From assembly GCA_951406725.2 (NCBI GenBank), contig OX597826.1, positions 66,092,001-66,156,000 on the forward strand: DNA of 64,000 nt, written 5' to 3'. The position numbers and the translations under genes were made by a program. The notes beneath the pieces are model-generated. The model was not told the origin of the DNA. It searched no databases and was given only the letters and a program-made list of their open reading frames with translations. Of this stretch, positions 54,301 through 64,000 are shown piece by piece (within the stretch, counting starts at the first letter, position 1; each line of letters begins with the position of its first letter). The stretch is from Octopus vulgaris. Lineage: Eukaryota.

Positions 54301-55633
54301 ACTTCAAACATTAGGCCTCACTGAGGCAATGACTAGTGACCGAGACCTTTGGAAATATGCTGTGCTTGAGAAGACCCACAAGCCAAGTGAGACCATACCT
54401 TGTGGCCTATGCCAGAGGTGTAACCAGCCCACTTATGCATACCTTTCCTTCATTGGATACTAAACTCCGCTGCGAAGACCTGTTGAGGCAAGTGAAATTG
54501 AAAGTAAAATCAAATTCGATGACTGGCATCCGTGCTAGTAGAACACTAAGAGCACCATCCAAGCGTGATCATTGCCAGAGCAGCAGACTGGCTTCTGTGC
54601 TGGTGGCACGTAAAAAGCACCATCCGAGCGTGATCGTTACCAGTGTCGCCTCACTGGCACATGAAAAAACATTCAAGCAAGGTCATTGTCAGTGCTGCTG
54701 GATTGGCTTCTGTGCAGGTGGCACGTTAAAAACACCATTTTGAGCATGGCTGTTGCCAGTACCGCCTGACTGGCCCTCGTGCCAGTGGCACATAAAAGCA
54801 CCCACTAGACTCTCAGAGTGGTTGGCATTAGGAAGGGTATCCAGCTGTAGAAACTCTGCCAGATCAGATTGGAGTCTGGTGCAGCCATCTGGTTCACCAA
54901 TCCTCAGTCAAATCATCCAACCCATGCTAGCATGGAAAGTGGACATTAAACGATAATGATGATGATATATATACGTATACAATCATCATTTAATATCCAT
55001 TTTCCATGTTGGCATGGGTTGGACAGTTTGACAAGATCCAGAAAGCTGCAGGGCTGCATTGTATTCCAATGTCAGCTTTGGCATCTATTGCTGGATGACT
55101 TTCCTAATGTCACTCACTTCACAATATGTATTGGGTCTTCTTTTTTTTTACGGCATGCTATCTAGATCTGTACCACAATGTAGCATTGTCTTAGTCTGTA
55201 ACAGCTGCATAAGACTGCACAAACACATGCAATTATCTAGGTCTACACCAATGCCATAATTGTTAGTTAAATTGATAAAATATAATGGAAGACACTTACA
55301 GCCAAGCTTTTCTCTACAAGAATCTAGCCACAGTTCCACAGTCTTGTTGTTACCTAGAAGGAAGCAGAGAACACTTAAATAATTTAACATGCAATAGACT
55401 TATTGTACATTAAAAGGTAGAGAATATTAGTGTGTGTATGTGTGTGTGTGTGATCATCGTCATTATTTTAACACCCACTTTTCTTTGTTAGCATGAATCA
55501 GATCAAATTCGTGGAGGTATATTTCTTATAGCCAGAGGCCCTTCTTGTCATCAACTTTGTATCTTACTATAGCCCCAGGTTGACTAGAGCTTTGTGAATG
55601 CAGTTATTAGGTAGAAACTGGCAGAAGCCTGTC

Positions 55634-55676
<43 letters not shown>

Positions 55677-57656
55677 TGCGCATGTGTGTTTCCTTGTGTC
55701 CATTCTGTGTGGAAGGTGAAAATCAGTGCCACCATTCTTTCACAAAAATATTGTTTGGAAATATGGACAAATACTTCCTATTTTAGGACTGGGCTAACCA
55801 AAGTTTTGTGGTAGGATTTGGTAGAAGGAAACAGAAATATATATATATATCGTCCTTGTTTTCGTATACATTCACTTGCTTTCTTCCAAGGAGTCTAATG
55901 CTCTTAGCTTAGATTTTCTTGGGGCTGGCCAGATTAGAGCAGTCTAGAGTATAACCAGCCGAAACTGCAAAGATGATCTGGAACTCAACTGAGGATAGGG
56001 AGCTCTGAATGATCCGTCCTTGTTTTTTCCTGTCCATTTCTGCATCGTCTAACTGTTTGGATTTTTAATTGTCGCCTGTTACGTTCTTGTTCCATTTTTT
56101 GTTTCCTTTATATATATATATATATATATACACACACATACATATATGTATAAATATAAGGCGGCGAGCTGGCAGAAACGTTAGCACGCCGGGCGAAATG
56201 CGTAGCCGTATTTCGTCTGCCATTAAGTGTTCTGGGTTCAAATTCCGCTGAGGTCGACTTTGCCTTTCATCCTTTCGGGGTCGATAAATTAAGTACCAGT
56301 TATGCACTGGGGTCGATGTAATCGACTTAATCCCTTTGTCTGTCCTTGTTTGTCCCCTCTATGTTTAGCCCCTTGTGGCTAGTGAAGAAATATATATGTA
56401 TAAATATATCATCACCATCATCATTGTCATCATTTAATGTCCACTTTCCATGGGTTGGACGGTTTGATATGGAGCTGGTTAGGCAGAAAACTGCACCATG
56501 CTTTGCTGTCAGTTTTGGCATGGTTTTTATGGCTGGATGCCCTTCCTAACACCAACTACTCTGCAATATATACATACAGTAAACCCTCAACTATTGTGGG
56601 TGTTACGTTCCAAAACCTCCCACAGAAATAATTAAAATCTAAAAAAATATAAAATCAGCCGCAGAAACCTGGATATACTAAGGAGTCCTGGTACAGCCTA
56701 CTGGCTTGCCAGTCCCCAGTCAGACTGTCCAACCCATGCCAGCATGGAAAGTGGATGTTAAACTATGTTAAATGATGATGATGATGATGACGACAATGAT
56801 GATGATGATAAATAAACACTATAAGAGTGATTAGTGCATCTGCTGTATGGCATCTTACAGAATTAAACATTACTTACTTTCTAACTTTTGGCCTTCCTGG
56901 AACGTATCTAAAGCTTCTTGATACCTCTTCAATTCAAACTGGCAAATCCTACAAGAGCAGAAAAACATACAAATATAAAGCTACTATATTCAGAATGTCT
57001 TTCTGTTGTCCTAAGGCTAGGTAAAAGCTGCCTCCAGATAGTTATCCCCCTAGAATACAAACAGAAAGTATGGGACTACTATAGGAAATTGGTTATTGAA
57101 TATTTTCGTATGGACCACATTGCGTCCACCATAAAGTGGTTAGTTGTCCCATAGGTTTACAAGAATGCATATTTTTGTGTGAATTGTGCCATTACTATAC
57201 TTTCATCCATCATAGTACGACAATAAAAGGCTGTGTGCATATGTGCACAGCTACTGAAACAATTTGGAAGAATGCATACATAGACTGACAAGACTGGCTT
57301 TGTGTTGGTGCAGTCAGTTTTTTTTTATGCTGGCACCACAAGACACTGCACTGCACATACTGCTATTATACCATTTGTTTGTCAATGAGCCCCTATATGA
57401 CTGCTTGACCTGTTAGAAACAGCAATAAAATTAAGTCCTAGACATAATCACAATGCCTAAAAATAAAACAGGACGGTTACTATCAGAATGCATTTTGACA
57501 AATCTGTTTGATAGTGAGCTAACCAAGATTTAAACAATAATGCCACCATTTGTTGCAAAGAGATAGAAAAAAAAATTGTAACTTACCCTTTTCGTATAAA
57601 TGCTTTTATTGAGTGAGGATTTAACAAAATGGAATTTTCTGAATCTTCAATGGCTT
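44065..57656 (-). CDS. SUGT1: SGT1/SUGT1 homologue (TPR-CS-SGS Hsp90 co-chaperone), 5'-partial, 10 coding exons, 911 nt CDS in window
   Basis: Manual splicing of exons 57587-57656, 56878-56948, 55300-55353, 54135-54163, 52515-52609, 50965-51061, 47940-48047, 46593-46692, 45946-46124 and 44065-44172 gives one open frame with GT-AG boundaries and matching phases. Motifs: TPR ([45 protein letters not shown]), CS (KYDWYQT...IEVKLKK..IHWKHLE), SGS ([27 protein letters not shown]...[23 protein letters not shown]...PPSGMEYK). Confidence 0.96.
44855..45231 (-). mobile_element. SINE family A in the last SUGT1 intron
   Basis: CpG-decayed match to the family; partial copies at 44250-44400(+) and 45370-45535(-). 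Confidence 0.8.
45946..46124 (-). CDS. SUGT1: SUGT1 exon, SGS domain (..[48 protein letters not shown]), 179 nt
   Basis: SGS signature; TAG acceptor (AG at 46125-26), GTGAGT donor at 45940-45; phase 1 to 0. Confidence 0.96.
46593..46692 (-). CDS. SUGT1: SUGT1 exon, CS domain end ([33 protein letters not shown]), 100 nt
   Basis: IEVKLKK..W..LE CS motif; CAG acceptor, GTAAGC donor; phase 0 to 1. Confidence 0.94.
47940..48047 (-). CDS. SUGT1: SUGT1 exon, CS domain ([36 protein letters not shown]), 108 nt
   Basis: Strong polypyrimidine tract plus CAG, GTAAGT donor; phase 0 to 0. Confidence 0.94.
50965..51061 (-). CDS. SUGT1: SUGT1 exon, CS domain start ([32 protein letters not shown]), 97 nt
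   Basis: YDWYQT CS/p23 signature; CAG acceptor (AG at 51062-63), GTAAGT donor at 50959-64. Confidence 0.95.
52515..52609 (-). CDS. SUGT1: SUGT1 exon, S/T/P-rich linker ([32 protein letters not shown]), 95 nt
   Basis: TTTTCAG acceptor, GTAAGA donor at 52509-14; phase 0 to 2, joins to KYDWYQ. Confidence 0.85.
54135..54163 (-). CDS. SUGT1: SUGT1 micro-exon, variable linker ([10 protein letters not shown]), 29 nt
   Basis: Polypyrimidine tract plus CAG (AG at 54164-65), GTAAGT donor at 54129-34; supplies the phase 1 to 0 shift needed by the next exon. Confidence 0.78.
54290..54965 (+). mobile_element. RTE-clade LINE 3' end with (GAT)n tail
   Basis: ORF tail [20 protein letters not shown], tandem UTR subunits, CCAACCCATGCTAGCATGG...TTAAACGATAATGATGATG; short tails also at 41190-41478, 45708-45899, 47525-47685(-), 49355-49480, 53420-53610, 54983-55135(-), 56410-56555(-), 56685-56808, 61450-61560(-) and 61640-61926. 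Confidence 0.8.
55300..55353 (-). CDS. SUGT1: SUGT1 exon ([17 protein letters not shown]), 54 nt
   Basis: AG at 55354-55, GTAAGT donor at 55294-99; W..C motif of the TPR capping helix; phase 1 to 1. Confidence 0.88.
56158..56390 (+). mobile_element. SINE family B, full length, CpG-rich (probably young)
   Basis: AAGGCGGCGAGCTGGCAGAAACGTTAGCACGCCGGGCG...GGGTTCAAATTCC. Confidence 0.88.
56878..56948 (-). CDS. SUGT1: SUGT1 exon, TPR ([23 protein letters not shown]), 71 nt
   Basis: AG at 56949-50, GTAAGT donor at 56872-77; phase 2 to 1. Confidence 0.93.
57587..57656 (-). CDS. SUGT1: SUGT1 exon, TPR ([23 protein letters not shown]), 70 nt
   Basis: Polypyrimidine tract plus TAG acceptor (AG at 57657-58), GTAAGT donor (57581-86); phase 1 to 2. 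Confidence 0.92.
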
Positions 57657-58446
57657 CTACAAAAGAGACAAAAAATATCATTTATAAATATATATGTGGT
57701 TAGTTAATTCCACATTACTCAGGAGCAAGGGGCCAGTTTCCTGGCTATTGGACTGGAGCTATGTAGAATGAAGTGTTCTGCTCAAGAACACAATTCATCA
57801 CCCAGTCCAGGAATTGAAACCAGAATCTTACATTCATGAATCCAACACCCTAACCAGTAATCCATGCATCTCCGCATATGTACACGTGTGTGTGTGTATT
57901 CAGTTTCATATCTGCAGGTAATCCTTAAACAAGGTTGGTTAATGACAAGAATTCTAGTAGGTTTGAAAGTGATAATATACACACAAATTTACTCTCATGT
58001 ATCAATTTCTCTTTAATTTCTCTATAAAGTTGTAAGTAGAAAATGTGCATATGCATGCATGCATGCACACACATTCCCTGCTGACAAAAAACTATACCAC
58101 ATCAAAGTCTCACACACACACACACACACACACTGCATTCTTAAAATTGCAACAGCATTTTACACAAAAGTTTCTTTGTTTTATTTACTCATGGAATCCA
58201 CAACCAAAAAAACAAAACAAAAAAAAATAAGTGAAGGAAGTGATTGAGTTTTCAGGTCAATGCCTGGTATAAACAGACTAAAAATACCCCTACAGGGTGT
58301 TCAGACGATTTATCTTTCTCACTAGTTACTGAATATCCCACCTTAAATTACTCATATTCTTTAAGTCTAGAAACTAAATCTCTTGCTGGTGAATTGGATA
58401 TCTACTTTCTCGTGAACAGCTGTGCAGGGTTTTATATCAAATTATA

Positions 58447-58990
58447 TAAGGTCTGATCAAAAGGCATTGGAATTGGTGCTATAAAAAGAAAACTACAACC
58501 CATATCAATTTGGCATTTAATCCCCTTCTGAAGCCACATGCTTTTTCCAGTGTCATTTCCATTGATGGAAGTATTCTTGAAACTCCTATTTTGGGGATTG
58601 TGAGCAGCTGCCTTGTTGCATTCTCTTGGATTTCTTTGATATCTTGAAATCTTGTTGAGGGGTCTTCCACTGCAAAGACTGAGCCTTGGTTTTGGGGGTC
58701 ATAGTCATAGACCCACGATCCATCACCTGTTTTGACTGTTTTCAAAAAGTTTCTGTCTTCTTTGATACAATCAAGGAGATCCTGCACAGCTGAAAACCCA
58801 ATCTTCATTTTGAGATGACCACACTTGACACACTCTACTGCTATAAACAACAGAAGAGAGCGAGACCGTTATAAGTTAGTGTGCAAGTGTGACGGAGTAC
58901 AAGGATAATCTGTGCCAAGCAGCTTCTCTCTCTCTGTACTTTAGCTCTGTTACCATAGCAACAGTCCCAATACATTTTGATCAGACCTCA
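58447..58990 (-). mobile_element. Internally deleted mariner
   Basis: TIRs T.AGGTCTGATCAAAA.G.ATTGG with TA flanks; FLKTVKTGDGSWVYDYDP (TGDESW motif). Confidence 0.85.
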
Positions 58991-59299
58991 TATTATATTA
59001 CATACATTTAAAAAAAATGAAAATACTTCGAGAACTTATAGCAAAAAGCAAAAGAGTATTTCCATGTTTAGCAAAATAAGCTGATTTCAATTGCTATGTA
59101 AAGACAATTTGGTCATGCTGAACTAAAGGGAAAATAAAGTGAAATAAATTAAATTAATCTTCCATAACATTAGAGCTGAAAGTTCACATGTTTTCATACA
59201 AAAATTACTTTGTGTTTGTGCTTTGTTCTCTTCTGACACCTACCAATAAGGGAAGGAGACAGAGGACACCATCAGTGTTATGATGTTGGGTTTAGAAAA

Positions 59300-59700
59300 C
59301 TATGCTGTACACAGTGAAGAAATAATACTAATGGCAGCTAGAAATTTCCAAAAAGTTACTGAAACAGTAGAATTCAAGAATGGAAGGAAGAACAACAGAA
59401 CAAGCAGCTGGATAGAGAAGGAATGACATGGCCAACTCATACAACAAATTAAGGATGCTGGAAGTAGAGAACAATAATAGTAGTTGATGGACAAAAACCT
59501 GAAGCAAGAAACTGAATCGTTAATAATACCTCCTTAGGAACAAGCCATTAAAACAAATTTGATAAAGGCAAAGATTGATAAAACTCAGTCAGAGAGCAAT
59601 TGCAGAATCTGTGGGAGAGGAGAGGAGAGTATTAACTATCTCTTAAATGAATGCAATAAGCTAGCACAAAACAGTATAAGTGCAGGCATGATTGTGTCCA
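59300..59700 (+). mobile_element. R4/Dong-like LINE fragment (zinc-knuckle region)
   Basis: EQAIKTNLIKAKIDKTQSESNCRICGRGEESINYLLNECNKLAQ followed by an RHD motif. Confidence 0.7.
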
Positions 59701-60334
59701 CATCCAGAATAAAATGTCTGATAAGATGAATGGAGATCAAACTGATCAAAACAGTGTAAGCGAAAATATGAAAATGCTTTATCTCTACAGATGGGAGTTA
59801 ATAGTCAATAAAACTATATAATAAGAAATTTAACTAATATATATATGGTGTATTGCATCATGATAGTGCTAGTACCATATGTACCTTGTAGATAAAGTGG
59901 CTTTGTGATAGCGAAAAACTTATCTGTTAACATAGTAGATAAATAAAACACTGAATCGTATGGAGACAGAGAACACAGTCATAAGTATTCTGGAAACTGG
60001 CATTGTTGAGTTATCAGAGGTAGAAGGTATAGAAGATGAGGAGAAAAACACACACTACAGGAGTAGAAGATGAAAAGGGAGACATGAGAGAGAAGTAAAA
60101 GCATAACATACAGGGTTAGATGAAATTCAGAAGATACAGGAACAGAAGAGGGATGATACAGAGGTAGAAAAGGAAGTTCAGGATATGCATGAATATGGAA
60201 ATTGGAGACAAGCACTAGACCTATGGATATTTGTGATTCAGAAAAGAACCAGCTTAGCCTATTGGTAATGGTACCCTGTCTTGCAGTTTGGTAGAGTGAA
60301 CCCATGAAATTTGAGTGTCCTGGTTGCAAACTAT

Positions 60335-61252
60335 AACATAGCACTATATAACAAGATATGGGCCATGGCTGCTGAGGACATACGTAGGCTTGATAGAAAT
60401 GAAGCTAGTATGATCCGCTGGATGTGTAATGTCAGTGTGCATACACAACAGTGTGTGCGCCCTGAGAGAAAAGTTGGACATAAGAAGCATCAAATGTGGT
60501 GTGCAAGAAGGATGACTGCGCTGGTATGGTCATGTGTTACGTATGGATGAGGACAGCTGTGTGACGAAGTGCCATACCCTAACTGTGGAAGGAACCTGTG
60601 GAAGAGGCAGACCCAAGAAGACATGGGATGAGGTGGTGAAGCATGACCTTTGAACGTTGGATCTCACAGAGGCAATGACAGGAGACCGAGACCTTTGGAG
60701 ATATGCTGTGATTGAGAAGACCCGGCAATTAAAGTGAGATCGTAGCCATGTCCAATGCCAGTGTTGCATGTCCTTGATGCGTTGGGCAATATGATATGCT
60801 TGAGAAGACCTGTTGAGTCAAATAAAACCAAAATCGTAGCTGTGGCCAGTACCTCCTGACTGGCTCCTGTTCTGGTGGCATGTAAAATGCATCATCCAAA
60901 TGTGATCGATGCTAGTGCCCCCTGACTGGCTCCCATGCAGGTGACATGTAAAAAGCACCATCCAAATGTGGCCGATGCCAGTGCTCCCTGACTGGCACCT
61001 GTGCCAGTGGTATGTAAAAAGCACTATTTAAATGTGATTGATGTCAGGCCCGCCTGACTGGCTCCTGTGCCGGTGGCATGTAAAAGGATCCACTACACTC
61101 TAGGAGTGGTTGGTGTTAGGAAGGGCATCCAGCTGTAGAAACATTGCCAAACCAGATTGGAGCCTGGTGCAGCTGCTGGTTTTCCAGGCCTGTCAAACCA
61201 TCCAACCCATGCCAGCATGGAAAACGGACGTTAAATGATGATGACGATGATG
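60335..61252 (+). mobile_element. RTE-clade LINE 3' ~0.9 kb with ~65-bp tandem UTR subunits
   Basis: WAMAAEDIRRLDRNEASMIRWMCNV, WYGHVLRM and GRGRPKKTWDEVV RTE C-terminal motifs; (GAT)n tail. Confidence 0.88.
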
Positions 61253-64000
61253 AAAAGGGTCAATATATAACACTGCATAACTGGTGTGGCTGTGTGGTTT
61301 CAGGTTCAGTCCCACCGTGTGGCACCTTGGGCAAATGTCTCCCACCAAAACCTCAAAAAACAGATGTTAAGTGATGATGTTGATGAGGCTAAACAGCTCC
61401 CAATTGCAACAGTAATTTCATTCATATATTCTGTAAGGTCTCACATAGCATCATCATCTTTATCATTTTAACATCCACTTTCCCATGCTTGTATGGGTTA
61501 GATGGTATTTTTTAAGGCAGATTTTCTATTGCCAGATGCTCTTCATGTTCCCAAGCAAGGTAATATTTCCCCTATGGCCAGACATTTTTTACCTTACTTG
61601 CACATGTGCCTTACTTCGCCTTACTTGCATGGTGGATTGTGAAAAACATTCGAGCATGGTCGTTGCCAGTGCTGCTGGACTGGCTTCCATGCAGGTGGCA
61701 CATAAAGAGCACCATTTGAGCATGGCTGTTGCCAGTACCGCCTGACTGGTCCTTGTGCTGGTGACACGTAAAAGCATCCACTACAATCTCAGAGTGGTTG
61801 GCGTTAGGAAGGGTATCCAGCCGTAGAAACTCTGCCAGATCAGATTGGAGCCTGGCTCACCAGTCCTCAGTCAAACCATCCAACCCATGCCAACAGGAAA
61901 AGCGAATGTTAAACGATGATGATGATTGGAAATGCTTGCATGACAGTGTGTATGTGTATTGTTGTCTCCTTGCACTCAAAGTTATACACACAGCACAGAC
62001 ACACAACATATATATATATACTAGCAGGTAAGCCCAGTTTCACTCAGTCTGTTTGGATGATGTGGCTGTGATCGTTTTCGGTTAGGCATAATCTATAACA
62101 GTGTTTCTCAACCTTAGCGTTTCGGGTCCCGTTTCAATTGGAGCCTCTAGCTGTATGAAAATTTCCTGACTCCTCACCGCCTTGTCAGAAAACAGCTTCA
62201 GGAGTTGTGAAGAACGAATTTGTATGTAGTCTGTTTCTGTGAGCTATTCTATTGGACTCTGTCTAATCATTAAAACATTGATCTAATTATGAACATAGAA
62301 AGAAATTATACATTAATCCCTATTTTTGTAAGAAGTTATATCCGTAAAAAATTTTATGTGCAGAGAGCAGAAATTGAAAGAAGATATATGAAATGGACGT
62401 GTGTGTGTGTGTGCGTGTGCTTGCATGTGTGTATGTGAGAGAGAAAGAGGGCGAGAAAGTGAGATAGAGTGAGTGAGTGAAGGTGTGTGTTGTGATGATA
62501 GATATCTTTTAAGGTACACACACATACATAGAAAATGTGAGTTCATCATATAAAATTTTTATGATAGTTAATTTATGGAAAATATGTTAAATTTTTGAAA
62601 TGCAAATATGTGAATAAAAATTAAGTTCAGACCTCTACATGGTAGGTAGACCTGGTGGAAATAACAGCCAAATCTCCCTCAAAACACCCTACTGTCTTAA
62701 TTCTGCCTATTATGTAGTTTGAATGAGAAACTGTAACTAAAGATTAAGATTGTTAACCCCACAAAGAGGTGAAAGAAGAGAGACAGCACAGTGAAAGTTT
62801 TGGTTGATTGTCATCCTGTATTCCCCTTGATGCTAGCGAAATGGTATATGCTAGCTGTGTGAGCAACTGGTTGTTTTAATGGCGGAACAAACAGGGGAAT
62901 TCCATTAGAAAAGTTTTAATCGATTTTCTCGGTAACTATAGGGGCTAGGAAAAAAATACAAACCACATTCCAATCTGGGCACCAGTCTCCACATGTGTGC
63001 TATTTTTCACACGAATCCACCTAACCATTTGGCTGTGAACCTCAAGACAAGAAAGAATACAATGATCGCCCATGTCCAATTTATATTATAGATAAATGGC
63101 ACACCTCTTTCAGTTTCAATCCACCAGACAAGGATTTGGTCACACTAGTGACGAAAGACACTTGCCCAAGATGCCATGAAGGGGGATTGAACCAGAAACC
63201 ATGTGAGAATAAAAAAACAGCTGAGGGAAAATACTCAGGGTATTTGTACAACATACAAGTATGACGGATTTTCACACGTAATATAGTGAATTAAGTTACC
63301 TCCAATAAGACCAGATCCACTCAACAAATTTTCGCTCAACTGAATAGAGTTATTTCCCTTGTTCTTAAAAATTTTTTTTTTTTTGTAAACCTCTACCTCC
63401 AATTCCTCTAGGGAGAATTTTGCAATATTTCCTTCAAAATTTGCAGTTGATTGAAGTTTTCCACCTCATTATATGTCATATATGCAAGACCCTGCCATAT
63501 TTTAGTATTTAGAATGCAGAATGGTTTCTCCTGAGGTATTTTCTTCTTAGTAATGTATTATTGTTAAATACATTCCATGATTCTGATCCAAGTGGATTTC
63601 AGTGGGTAATCAGCACGGATGCAACGTCATGTCATCTTAGACCCATATTTTTTCCCATTTATAATATGTATAAGAGATTTTGTTGGAGCAATTGCTTCAC
63701 AGTTGGAAGGCTTTCATATTCTTTAAAAAAAAAAAAAAAGAGCAATCCTGGGCAGTGGATTGGAGGGACTGTAAAAATGCTGGACAGGATGCCTTGTGGT
63801 GTTAGTTCTGGCACTTTGTGTTTCAAGTTCAAATCTCACCATTGCCTAATTGGGTGGCTAATTGCTTGCTTTAACCACCCAGCACCTTGGATGCATTTAA
63901 GCAGAGTCTACTGTTACAGGCAGTTGAGGTAGACTTCCAGTACAAGGATATTCCACTTTCTCCTACCTACTAGTCAAGGAGGCCCTACAGAAAGACATGG

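Noticed and set aside
55850-56110. Short TA-flanked repeat (also 6808-6930) with GGCTGG/CCAGCC-GAAA and CTGA.GA
   Set aside because: Boxes are not in a pairing-compatible hammerhead arrangement; left as an unclassified repeat
59209-59239. 31-nt AG/GT-bounded candidate upstream SUGT1 exon (VSEENKAQTQ)
   Set aside because: Phase fits, but there is no resemblance to the expected TPR helix; the N-terminal exons remain unidentified

Overview
AT-rich, microsatellite- and transposon-dense eukaryotic DNA. The SINE/RTE/mariner repertoire and simple-repeat load look like an octopus (coleoid cephalopod) genome; this is inferred, not searched. One protein-coding gene is supported: an SGT1/SUGT1 (TPR-CS-SGS co-chaperone) homologue on the minus strand, rebuilt by hand from 10 GT-AG exons (44065-57656) with consistent phases. 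Its N-terminal exons were not found and may lie beyond 64000. The rest is mostly tRNA-derived SINEs, RTE 3' tails, R4/Dong-, Hero-, Tx1/L1-, CR1- and Penelope-like LINE relics, mariner/Tc1 derivatives, piggyBac-type MITEs and one solo LTR. Most notable observations: (i) minimal type-I hammerhead ribozyme folds (best at 40205-40287 and 4956-5038) plus a repeated non-canonical-core variant; (ii) a degenerate, stop-containing duplicate of the CS-domain exon start exactly 90 nt upstream of the real acceptor; (iii) inverted RTE tails that form long dsRNA and bracket an in-frame 279-nt exon pair; (iv) nested insertions into (TAA)n repeats; (v) a CpG/repeat-content boundary near 35-36 kb. Nearly all ORFs in the supplied track are microsatellite or TE artefacts.
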